Source: Phallusia mammillata
Taxonomy: Eukaryota
Assembly: GCA_965637545.1 (NCBI GenBank)
Contig: OZ281500.1
Span: 20,522,001-20,586,000 of the forward strand
Length of the DNA stretch: 64,000 bases
Reading direction: 5' to 3'
The notes under the pieces were generated by a model. The model did not search any database. It was not told the DNA's origin and saw only the letters and a list, made by a program, of their open reading frames with translations. Below are positions 52,418 through 64,000 of this stretch, piece after piece; position 1 is the stretch's first letter; each line of letters opens with the position of its first letter. A program made the translations under genes and the position numbers.

Positions 52418-52836
52418 TAGTGATGCACCGAACCCGCCTAAAAAGGTTCGGACCGAAACCGAATATTCGGCCACGAGACCGAATCAGGCCGAACCTAAAA
52501 TCCTTTTCTTATGGATGTTTTCAACTGAACCTTGTGTCGTTGATGTGAGTGAAGTGAATTATGACATTCACAAAATCACTTACACCATCTGGAAGCTTTA
52601 CTAAACTTGCAATATTTTGCAGACAAAGTGGCTCGTATTTTATAGATACAACAATTAGTTAATTTATGACGTTTTGTATGGGTGAAAATGCTATAGTTTG
52701 GGCATTAATTTCATGCATTCAAAAAGTTCGGTTTCGGCCGAATTTTCAAAAAAGTTCGGGCCGAAACCGAAACATCGAAAAACGGCGTATATTCAGCCGA
52801 AATGTTTCGGCCAACCGACACTTCGGTGCATCATTA
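52418..52836. mobile_element. hAT MITE, 419 bp
   Basis: TIR TAGTGATGCACCGAA...TTCGGTGCATCATTA; CCGAA subterminal repeats; perfect 8-bp TSD GTATATAC. Confidence 0.92.
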
Positions 52837-52932
52837 GTATATACCATAGCCATGCAGAAAAAAACACGTGTAGAATGCGTATTGTTTCATTTCTTTTAGA
52901 GTTGAAATTTAAGACACTCTATTAGTCTATAG

Positions 52933-53630
52933 CAGGGCTTCCCAAACTTTTTTCATCGCGACCCCTATTAATCTCTTCAAATTTTCCGCGACCCTTCACG
53001 GATAATATGATAAACAATGAAAAAATACGTTTGTTGTATTTATTGAAACGACTAATTCGAGCGAAAACTAAAAACAACCTACCGGTACTCGGAGTCTACT
53101 ACTTTACAAGTTCAAACACCGATACCTTTTACGTGCTTTAGCCTTTAGTTTCTGTCACATTGTTTTGCAAATAGGCACTTGTCACCTTGGACCAAGTTTA
53201 GGTCGTTGCAGTGCTTTGCAAACGGACATTAAACACAGCTTAGAAATCGTAAATTTATTACGTATTTTATCAGAGAAAGTTATTGCGCCACACAATGACA
53301 CAATACTTAAACGTTAGTCTGTAACACTATGTGTCATCTTTATGTTGCAATTAAAATGCCTGTGTATTCCAAAACAATTGCAATTGTTGCGTTTCAACCG
53401 ACGTTTGTTCGATCAATGGCGTCTCTACAAGCTCGTTTGCGCTTAGCTGGAAACGTTTTGAAACCGACGTAACTTGAACAAAAACAACATTGTGACGTTA
53501 TACAAAGGTCAAGGCCGGGGGTGTGCGGCATTCCCGTACTCTATCCCAGTGTATGGAGTACTTCCTGCAAAATTGGTACAGCTCTCTGCGACCCCTTCCG
53601 GGGTCGCGACCCCCAGTTTGGGAAGCCCTG
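52933..53630. mobile_element. hAT/Charlie-type MITE, 698 bp
   Basis: TIR CAGGGCTTCCCAAACT...AGTTTGGGAAGCCCTG; perfect 8-bp TSD GTCTATAG. Confidence 0.92.
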
Positions 53631-56600
53631 GTCTATAGCACAAGTCTTGTCCACAACTAAAGGTTTGATATTTAATAATATTTTCAACTGTTTATTCTTT
53701 ATGGCGGTATTTTTCAACGTTTTTGAGCCGATGTATTCTTTTTTATGGCGGTAAATTTGCTGCACCCTACCAATATAAAAATGTTATAGGCCTCATTACA
53801 CACTCTGGAGTTTAGCCTAATCACCTTAAACCAATTTATTAAATAATTTAACAACAGTATATGTCAATAATATAGGCCTACTTAAGAAATATTACCCCAT
53901 ATGCTTCAACAACGTTGGATAGGGTCAAAAAAGAGTTGTAAAATTAAACAAAGAAATCACGTAAACCGGTGATCTTTAGAAGTTGATTCTTCTTTGTGGC
54001 ATCAATGGAGTTTGCAATGTGTGGCATGTGAACCGCGTATATTTTCATACGGACGCCGTCCAATTTAATGAGCAAATGACGCATCCCATGTCAACATGAA
54101 GCCATACAGTTGTAGGTCAAAACAAAGATCACGCAGATCATTCAGGGCAGCGAAACGTTTTCCTGGTAAACTGTTAGATTCCTGAGGGGCCAAACTAGGT
54201 GAAGTCGTAACATTTCAACCCACGAAATGTCGATCTAATAAAAGTCCAATAAATATCGACCACTAATACCTGGAAGACGTTAATTTGTTGCCGCTGATTG
54301 AAATAAATCCAATAGAAAACAGATACAAATCATGTAAAACATAGTGAAAAGGTTTTATCAAAAAGCATCAGTGCCTGATAAAAATATTTGTTTGGTAAAA
54401 GATGAAGGTGAAATACTTACTTTTCCTGTTCTGAACTCAGTGCAACTTGTTAGATTTTCGTAAAATGAAACAATTGCACTACGCATATTAATTAGCATTG
54501 GGTATGAAATGGGGTATGATAAAAAAACTTGTATTTTACCTACACAAGACACATGTAGTTTACCTATACACAAGAAAGACGTAGTGTAAAGTTTGACACT
54601 AAGCATCACCCCTTTATAGGTTTCAATCATATTCTTCAAAATGTTAAATAGTTTGAACGCAAAAAGGGACAAAACAGTTGAAAGGTCAACGTTCAAACGC
54701 GTTTAATATTCTTGATGAACGCTGTCGAATCAGTGCTGCCATTTGGCACACGCCGCAAAAGACAAGATTCGTCGTATGACCCACGGCTATATTGTCGCAT
54801 TGCATTTAGTCCGGCGGCCACTGATAAGCATGTGAAAAGGTTTTATTGCCTGTTTCGGGTACATGACCAGTACCGCGAATTACTACGTCAAATTATCAAA
54901 GTTTTACAAAGGTCGTACGACCCGCAACCGGTATATATGTACACACATGGAAATTAAGCTTATATAGCAGAAAAATCGTTATACTGCAGAAGCTGTGGCG
55001 GTTGGCAAGTTGTAAGATTGCAAAAAGAAGTTAGCCCCAGTAAGTCTAATTGTACATGCACAGATCAATATTAAAATCGACAGGCAATAGTCGCTCGCCT
55101 ACATTACTCCATAAGGCTGCTGGTATTAGAAAGACAAATGAGATGTCGTTAGTTCGTGTGCAGCAAACGAGTTTAGATTAGAAAAGGAATCAAGTTTGAT
55201 GGGTTTGTAATTTCTGTCTCAATAATTAGATCTCTTGGACAGGGTTAACAATATTATACGTGCACTCTATAGATTGGCTGGGTAATGAGTTTTAGATCTG
55301 TTTTGTATTAAAAAGGTCAACTTTAAAAGTTCATTGCGTTAAGAAGACATTAGTTTGTTTTAATAAACGTCCGCGAGTTAATTAATTTTGAAATCTTCTT
55401 GCTTGGAAGTAAACTAAAAAACATCGTTAACTATTTTATAAATGCTTTTATTGTACAAAACATTTAAAGCATGGGTCCTGAATCAGCAGTACGTGTAAAA
55501 AAAATGTGAAAGCTGAAATGGTGCAAGTGCAAAAAAGTTAAAAACCTCTATTATTTATTACATTACAGTTTTTAATGTAAGCCTAGTTAATGGCCCAAAT
55601 ACACAATTTAGATTTATGTTATGCAATATTGTTGAAGTAGTATTAAACTTAGATGACCTTGCTAACATTTTAAAAGTAATTATAAAGTTGAAGCTTTGTC
55701 CGCAAACCTTTTTTCTTTCCGGAAAAGTCATTAGAAGTCGATCAATTTATTGTGATCGGCATTTGCGTTGCATAGCCCGTGCTGGTTTGTACCGCATTAC
55801 GGATTCGTAATGTAGCGATTACAACAGATGGCATAGAAAGTAGGCAGTACGCTACAGCGATAGGTTCGGATTGCGTTTACATGTCACATGTGATTACATT
55901 CGTATTACAACCCGTGACGTACATAAAGCCTCTCATGGGATACTCGTCTCGCAGAATGTGATTTCTGTCCGTGTGCCGACGACGAGTCTCTCGAGAGTTC
56001 GTAACGTCATTAATCGTAGATTTTGTTGCGTGTTGTTTGCGTGAGATTTAAGTTGTACAAGTGGTTGTTTAAGAATTCACACCAGTTTACTACGCACTCA
56101 AAATCCAATGAGTGCGGTATTTAATTTTTTTATTGTTAGTGGGGTAAAACAACGCATTGATGTCTCATGGGCGTGTGTTTATTCTCTTTTTTTAGATCTA
56201 TGTTGGTTTTCATTGTTAACAAAAAGTTGTACATTTGTTTTACAAACGATTTTAATTCACTCAGGTTTGTAGGCTATTTTTTCATTTAGATTAGCAAATT
56301 ATTGGTCTTGGTCAGTTTGTTTTACGTGTAGGGCTCCATTAAATTAAAGGTTTTCCATGCGAATAGTAAGTTTGAAAAGTGATTTTTATCCAGCAAAACA
56401 AATTTGGCTTGAACAATGAGGTTACTCGCGCAAAAATGGTAGTTGATTAATCATTTCAAATCGAGTTTTTTTTTAATCACATTAATTTTTAGTTTTGCAT
56501 ACATTTTAAAAATAGCAGTAAGACCTGGGAACAATTTTAGATCTAACAAAATGATTAAACTTTTAAAAAGTCATAAAATCGAATTGGTCTCATTACGACC

Positions 56601-59600
56601 GGACGCAAGTAGAGTGCAATGGTTCGGATGACAGAAGTTGACGCAAATTCTCACGGGACCAATCGAATTTGCGTGTCAGTTTCTGACTGGATAATACCGC
56701 TACAGCGATACACGTGATTATTGGTCGAAAGTTTATTGGCATAAAATTCGATTACTCACAAGGGACCGCCCTGCAGTTGTGTGATACGCGCATTCGTTGT
56801 AATGTAAACAATCCGCGCTTTTGTAGGTACCTTTCCAGTTTTCACGGAAACCCTTAAAGTAGTTTTACCAGACATCGAAACTCTCGTAAAATTTTGTGCG
56901 TTAAGTCTAGGCCTGGAAAAACAACACCTAAAATAGTTACTGCGGATTGTTTTTCTGGGGACTCAAAGGTTTACGAAGTAGGTGATTTTTTGCGTCTTGT
57001 TAAACCCTGTTGAAAGGACGGGATCGCCCCAAAACTATACCCATCGCCATAAAAAAACATTCTGGTTTGAAACTTATTTAAAAACGAAACAGCCATTTTT
57101 TCTCCATGGTAGGCTACGTATAATACTACTTACCCAAATATGTGAAAAAGAATTATAATGCAAGTTTGGTATACTAAAAATCGTCAGGAATTTTGCCGAT
57201 TTAGATATCGTAAACCTACTTTAATTTCGCCTCTGACCAACGACTAACAATGTTTGAATTCGGCTTGAGAATTTTGGAGGCGATTTTAAGCGAGGCGAGT
57301 TGTGTCAATCAGGAAACAAAATAGAAGTATTTGCCGCGTGGACACTTGACTATAAATTGCTGTAATCAAGATACGGAACAGAAATCCCCTTCTTGGTAAA
57401 AAACCACGCGTCTGGTCTGAAATCGATGATAATGTATTAGGCTGTCAGCTAAATTGTCGTGCGGCGTTTTTCGACTTCAAACGCTATTTGGCAATTTAGG
57501 GATAAAGTTTAGGAGGAATTTAAGGTCCCCAAAGGTGTACTTGACTTTAAACGTATTACTTAGACTCGCTCAATGTCACTTTTCGGCTTGTAAAATATAA
57601 CAGGAAATATTAAAAACTCAATGTGACCCAACATACAATACAATAAGGCCAAGCTCATTTGAAAAATTTGAGTGTATAACCTTGCTAATATTACCAAATC
57701 GCAGGCAATAAAAGAGTAATTTACTGTAACAGTAATCTGATTGCTCTTGACGCACACGCGGTTTATCAGCATATACGTTATTGCCAATATCGACAGGAAT
57801 GTTTAAAAGCAAAACCAACCAATATTAAGGTTAGTTTTGCCTACTGTTCTTTAGGTATTCGGCGTGTTTAATTACTTACATTATGATATATTACATCCGC
57901 AGTTGGTTCTATAGACTGCATAATCAGAGGTGTAAATGCGTCGATGCAAGTATCATAGAAACAAGTTTGTCGGGTTTTGTACTGTCACAAACTGACAAAA
58001 CAAACTCGTAAATGCCAGTCAACAAGTCAAAGTGTCACGTTGACCGACGTGAGTGATTTGTAAGGTTAAAGAGTGTAGGAAGTTTGCATTAGCCTTGCGT
58101 TAAAAGTAGCGCATGTGCTGCGATAGACCTTATTGTCTTGTGCTGTAACAGTTTTGTATTTAGGCGTTCAGAAATGTTAATACAACAGTGCTTTGTGTGT
58201 CCCAGGACCCCTGTTTAAAGTTAGCGCCAATTGTACACATCCTACATGCATGCATTTGAATCTATTGATCTCAGCGCATTTTTGAAACTAATTCGATAGT
58301 TTAAATCGTTGCCTTTTTTGTGAAGCCGTACTACCCTAAATCAACTTCTGCTAATAACCAACTATTGGGAATTGATTGGTTTTAACCCACTAAGGAATTA
58401 TTCCGCTTATTTATTGTTAATCAAGACCAAAGTATAATGAACTTCGATTTAAAATCCGTGACCCGGTATGATTGCTAACAATCCAACGAGATATGGATTC
58501 CAATTTCTAATAGTTCGTTGGGCCATGATTGGGAAGGGGAATTAAGACCTTTGTTGCAAGTATATGGGCACAGGTATATCCCAGCCATTTCTCTTGCATC
58601 CCTTGAGACGTGATTAATCTATGAGAAAGGAGTTTCATCGTTCAACCGATATGAATACATTCATATATGCGTCATCATCCCAGCTGTATCACTGCGAGAG
58701 CGAGTTACAATTGGTGAGGGACAGTAATAATTAAATTTCAGTCCCTCCGGGCGCTTGATAACGGGTCAGTCCCGTTCTTTTGCCTGCAACCGCTGGACGT
58801 TGCGCTTCTTACATAGTCAGTCGCGCAAAAATACATACACTATACCAGACTGCGGTACGATTTGTTTCAGGGCGCCCGCCAAACAGAGATTCTTGTTAGC
58901 TGTTGTTTATTGTTTACACTCGAACTGTGGGAGTTTAAGAATGTTGTGTCAAGTCTTGTTGAGAGGTGGCTTTGCCTAATCAGGCGCATAATACAGGGGT
59001 CAGGTTTGGAAATAGTTGCTATATAGGCTTGTGATGAAATAGGAGCCTGTAGTGAAGTATGTTTTTGCGTTTGTCAAGAACTTTGTTCAGCGTCATAGTG
59101 GATTTTTCGACAATGGGAGGAAAAAATATTAAGTTGGTTTAGAGTTAGGGCAAAATTGGGCATGTTTTCCAGCTGCAAAAAATGCACAAGTTCAGAGATA
59201 TTCTATTAGTGTAGGTATAAATTGTGCAGGTAGAAACCAAACGAGGAAAATTTGTTGTCTTTACTGGCTATTCTAATATACTTAAGTGTGTCTGAGCATA
59301 ACAAAAAACTTGTGATCATATAATCAATATTAAACATTAACTTATTGAGTAAAACGTGGTACAGCGCAGGGTTGAAAATCCGTGGTATTTTATGGCCATG
59401 ATGTGAGAGGCAATTGTTTACCGAACTGTACATGACACTATTTTTAATCACACTAATTAAATCGTCAAAATTTTAAACGGTTTGTGATTTCGGTACGTGT
59501 AAGGTTACGACACATAAAATTACAGTATTAGAACGTTTTTTCTGAATATTTGCATGTGGCCGGTCGGTTTATGGAGTTTGTCGCGGCTAAAACTTACATG

Positions 59601-61130
59601 TGTATTAGAGCAATATACTTTGCAATTTAGGGCACTAACCACACGATAGTACCACCAGCGTCATTATAGTGGCATTTTAATGTCAAATTTGATTAGACGC
59701 TGTCAAGTTTGCTGTATATAGCTGCCCAGGAATAGCAGACAAACCGCCGTATCTCAGAAACCTTTAACCGGCGACAACTTGTCAGACAATCGTGAAACAA
59801 AATCAGCCATTAATTGAGCCCGGCACTAGTGAATAATTAAAGATGATTCAGGAAGTTAACGAGATAACACTTGTCTTTCAAGTGCTTTAATTCCATTTTT
59901 TCGACAGTCCCCTAAGACAGCGTTCAGTCCGCTTCAATTTTGATTTGCGCATACACCCCGGGGTCGGTAATCGATTTTGAAACGTATTTTGTGCGCTCGA
60001 AGTCATGTAACTTTCGTCCCGTCGCCTCAACTCAACACGCGTCTGCCTCATCAAGCTTTGCTCGTCAATCGATGTTGCTGTCAAGTGCTGGCCTCTCCGC
60101 CCATTGATTTCCAATGCTGGCTGCCCGGCCTATCCACCCTTGTGTAAATGCGCGCTTAATGGCTTGTCGAAGCCACCTGATGTTGACATGCGTTGCCTTT
60201 AATTCACGGATCGATACACGGCTAAGGGAAACCGTGATCACCGGGCGCCAAGAATTGCAGTAAATGAGATGCAAAGCGAAAGAAAGTCAAAAACTCCTTC
60301 ATTGCGGTCAGCGTTCGGGGCAACACGAAGGCGTGGTGTAACTATAGAACCGCGTTTGGTCGTAAATTACAGAGTTGGACGTCGTCACGCGGGTTTGCAT
60401 TTCAATCACTCGCTTGGATTTAGCTGGCGTTTTAGTCGGTTAGGCTATACGCTACAAGAGGTAAGGGGTGACAATTAGGTGCGATGCACGTGTTCTGTAG
60501 ATCGAGCACAAGATTTTCTAGACCCAACTGCGGGTATACCAAAGTGTTGTACGAATGTGAGTGTGGTTCTGTATGCAAAGTTGTAGCATAAAAGCGTTCA
60601 CTGAAACAAATGATCACAAGCTCATTGACTTCAAAGCCAGATCGCGTTGGTTAGCTTAAGGCGATGTGGTTAAGCGACCGTGCTTTGTCGCACTTAGTTC
60701 CTTCGACACTTCACCCAGGTGAGATTCGACTTATAAACTGGCAGTTGTGGGTCGACAACGCCCCAGTGCTACCCGCTGTGGAATGCTCGAATGCTAATTA
60801 TAGAGTAAATTATAATTTCCGCTGCGGACTCTCAGAAACGAATCGATCTCATAAGTACCAGTTCGGTTTGAAACCTATATCACTGCTTTAAAGTGCCAAA
60901 ATGAAGCGAACATATAACTAGATGTCTGTCTTCATCATCAGTGCTCGGATTTTCGCTGTTCTTTATAGTGAAGGAAACCCGAAATTCAGCGATTACATGT
61001 GGAAGGCTTAATCCCAGATGAAGGCGAAACTTAGTACTTACGGTAATCCGGATTTCCATAAAATGGCGTAAGCAGCTTTGGTGAGCCTCTAGTACAAAGA
61101 TGTCCCAGAACAAACACGAAATCTCGGCTG

Positions 61131-61415
61131 AAGATGCGCATTTATGAACAGGTCGAAGAAAATAATCTCGATTTGAATGAATTCAGACGCAAAGTATACG
61201 AGTATTGGATTCTATTGGTCAATAAATACTCATACTGTACTTTTGAAATAGTTAAGCGGATGAAATCTAGGTTTAAGATGCGCATTTATGAACAGGTCGA
61301 AGAAAAATAATCCCGATTTAAATAAATTCAGACGCAAAGCGTTTTTTATGTGTCTACGGGTCCTTGAGTATTCATACTGTGTTTTTGGAATACAGTTAAG
61401 TGTATGAAATTTGTG
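61131..61415. repeat. Tandem dimer, period ~144 bp
   Basis: aagatgcgcatttatgaacaggtcgaagaaaa at 61131 and 61275. Confidence 0.85.
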
Positions 61416-61710
61416 CATAAACCCGCTTTACGCATAGGCTAAAACAGGTGGTTATGCAGTTATTTCGTTTCATATGTCATGTAATTATTTTGCCCTAAAG
61501 CAGAAAACGTTTATGGACAACCTGTAAAACCTGTTGCAAATATATGATTTTGTGATAAAATGTGGTGTATTATCTTCTTTCTTCCTGTAGCACAGCTATA
61601 GAATCTGTTTATCATGATAAACCGGTGTTCTGAAATTAAATCGTTGTCGCTTTTACATCAGCCGTGCTCACGTGACTGCGGAAGCCGGGTCGTAAACAAG
61701 TTAGACCAAA

Positions 61711-64000
61711 ATGCCAACACGAAAAGATGTCGGTGAGGCAGAATTGGATTTGCATCCGAAACCGGTGGATTACGACCACGCACAAAAAAGCGGAGCAAAG
61801 ATACGAAATCTTGATGCAATGTTGGCCCAGCTGTGCACTCTGGATCGCGCTTTGGACAAACAAACAGCGAAAAAGTTGGCTAAAAGTAAGAAAAATTCGC
61901 AAAGCTCAGACGAGCGGAAGCGCAAAGAGAAGAGCTCTGATAAGAAGGAAAGGTCACAAAAACACCCCAAAGATGAAAAGTCAAGGGAATCTTCACGAAA
62001 GAAAGACTCTTCACGACCCTCGACACGCGGTGGCGATAGAGGCGCAGAAGAATATCCACTGTCTGGCGAGAGGGCAACCCAAGACAAGCACATAAGCAGA
62101 AGACCGCAGCAGAAGGCCAAGCCCGTTCAAGGTGGATCACGTAATAACAGCCCGAAGCCGCCGAAAGTCCACAAAGCGGCTGAATTTGGCTCTAGGCGAG
62201 CAGAAGAGATTTTATCGAGGAGCGACACGAATTGTTGCAGCTCATGTTTGACCGGTGGAGAATCACCGTGCGCTTGCGGAAAGCCAACCAGTAAGCCCCG
62301 ATCATTAAACGGGAGTGCCGGTTCAGGTAGTAGGAAAGCCGTTTTTCCAGCTGGTGGTAGTTTAAACTCCAATGCGTCGCGAGGCAGCACGGGTTTCAAT
62401 ACGATCGAACAAAACATTAGGGAAATGGCGCAGGCTATTGGCATTTACCCAGAGGCTCCGCGCGTGAGCGATAAAATCAGACACGACGTCGCTTATGAAG
62501 AGGACGTTCTGCGCAGTAAAGTCGGATCCATCAGCATTTGCGACGGCAGTGGAGACTTCTCAAGTTTCAAAAACAGTCCAAAGCAGCAGAACCGGACACA
62601 GAGCGACAAGCGCAAAAGCCCGAGCTACGCACTTAAGTACGAGGAAATCAATATCAAAGATGCCGATGATAAACTTGATCCAGCATCCAGGGTAAATTTG
62701 GACTCGACGCTGGCAAATTCGAACGGCGAAGAAAATCCCTTATCTGGGATTCAACCCCGCAGTGGCGGTGGAAACGAGAAACCCGAGTCGAATGACATTT
62801 TCGGCCCTAAAAAAACAGACCGCTGTTTGGATAGGACTGCTTGCGGCGATATAGAAATTTTTGATGAAAAGACAAGCGTCCTACCTTCGGAAGAAGCGTT
62901 CAGTATTGCCGAGACTCCAAAGCGCAATACGGGTTCTGGAGAGCGAAGAAAAAACTCGACAAGCGATCAAGCAAATGAGGAAAACTGTCGGGTAATCGTT
63001 GTTAGAAACCCGAAGTTGTATTCCAACAGCAAAAAGAAAAAGGGGCAAAGCTCACGAAAGAGCAAAGCTGAGAAGGTCAGCGGTGAAGTCGAAGGAAGCA
63101 AAGATACCACGAAAGGTAAGGAGAAAGAAGCTCGACGCAAAGCTCGATCAGAAAAGCATAAAAGTCACAAACATAGAAAAAAACTTAAAGATGCAAACGC
63201 TGGCAACGTAGACTTGACCGTACCCTTTGAAAACTACATTGGCGGCGACAGCATTGGTTACAAGACAAAGTCAGATAAAGTTCATAAGCTGGAGGACCAA
63301 AGCCGCCGAGATTCTAAAAAGTCTAAAGAAACGGATGAGGAGAAGCGGCGCAGACGAGCGGAGAGGAAAATGTACGAAAAGCGCAACAAGATTTCTTCCT
63401 CCGATGAGGGAATCGCCAGATCCCCGTCAAAGTCTAAAAAGCACGGCGACACCACTTCATCGAAACACAAGAAAGACAACCGCCGGGATCCCACCGCTGT
63501 TGATGTTAGCGTGATTCAAGGGACACGAGTTCAAACCGCTACCGACGCGTCAAAAAAACGAGATAAAGAAAGGTCAAGTCGGTCTAAAGACAGCTCGAGG
63601 CGAAATGGGAAAGGGGACAACGCCGATTCCAGAGCCTATAGTTCACGTACATTAAGAAAAGTCGAAGAGATTACACAGCGGTCAAAAGCAAAACCGCCGG
63701 TTGAAAAAACTTCAGAAGTGACGCGGACGCAAAAATCAGCATCCAAACCTTCCATTGACCGCAGACCAGACCCCGAAGGCGCTTACACACCTTTTAACCG
63801 CGGAACCAGAATACCAGACATTGCAAACTGGCACGCAAACATGTACGATGCCAAAACCCTTGTGCGCCCAGGACGGAGAGACACCAGATCTAAAACCAGC
63901 ATGCCAAATGAAGATAAGAAGGTAACCAATGGGCGACGAGAGAGAACACGCAGGGTATCTTCTCCCACCGACGTCTCCACCTCTTCATCATATTCTTCCG
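61711..64000 (+). CDS. Large Lys/Ser/Arg/Asp/Glu-rich low-complexity protein, >760 codons in one exon, 3'-incomplete
   Basis: Stop-free frame from ATG 61711 (MPTRKDVGEAELDLHPKP..) to the window end. In-frame TAG at 61702; acceptor-like ttttacatcag near 61661. Absent from the ORF track because it has no stop. Confidence 0.85.
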   Translation, partial: MPTRKDVGEAELDLHPKPVDYDHAQKSGAKIRNLDAMLAQLCTLDRALDKQTAKKLAKSKKNSQSSDERKRKEKSSDKKERSQKHPKDEKSRESSRKKDSSRPSTRGGDRGAEEYPLSGERATQDKHISRRPQQKAKPVQGGSRNNSPKPPKVHKAAEFGSRRAEEILSRSDTNCCSSCLTGGESPCACGKPTSKPRSLNGSAGSGSRKAVFPAGGSLNSNASRGSTGFNTIEQNIREMAQAIGIYPEAPRVSDKIRHDVAYEEDVLRSKVGSISICDGSGDFSSFKNSPKQQNRTQSDKRKSPSYALKYEEINIKDADDKLDPASRVNLDSTLANSNGEENPLSGIQPRSGGGNEKPESNDIFGPKKTDRCLDRTACGDIEIFDEKTSVLPSEEAFSIAETPKRNTGSGERRKNSTSDQANEENCRVIVVRNPKLYSNSKKKKGQSSRKSKAEKVSGEVEGSKDTTKGKEKEARRKARSEKHKSHKHRKKLKDANAGNVDLTVPFENYIGGDSIGYKTKSDKVHKLEDQSRRDSKKSKETDEEKRRRRAERKMYEKRNKISSSDEGIARSPSKSKKHGDTTSSKHKKDNRRDPTAVDVSVIQGTRVQTATDASKKRDKERSSRSKDSSRRNGKGDNADSRAYSSRTLRKVEEITQRSKAKPPVEKTSEVTRTQKSASKPSIDRRPDPEGAYTPFNRGTRIPDIANWHANMYDAKTLVRPGRRDTRSKTSMPNEDKKVTNGRRERTRRVSSPTDVSTSSSYSS

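Noticed and set aside
61636-63980. Short alternative-frame and antisense ORFs
   Set aside because: Shadows of the long plus-strand ORF starting at 61711.

Overview
AT-rich eukaryotic nuclear DNA with compact genes and 55-110 nt introns. It is probably from an ascidian/tunicate (inference from gene style and the 7TM family). Positions 1-19.5 kb hold an unidentified ~2-kb repeat family: about 8 diverged copies in both orientations, each complete copy keeping a GT-AG intron with a branch point and many short palindromes. A galactose-3-O-sulfotransferase gene with a 1-nt frameshift is embedded in this array. After it come an intronless orphan 7TM gene, PGRMC/MAPR (-) head-to-head with NUP58 (+), UBL3 (-), RPS14 (-) hosting two paralogous H/ACA snoRNAs, a duplicated ~690-bp block with orphan ORFs, an atypical 4E-BP (-), ~10 kb of gene-poor DNA, and a >760-codon low-complexity ORF (+) that runs off the window end. 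Two Penelope-type minimal hammerhead ribozymes and many hAT, MULE and Tc1-type MITEs with TSDs are visible. All calls are from manual reading; no database searches were run.
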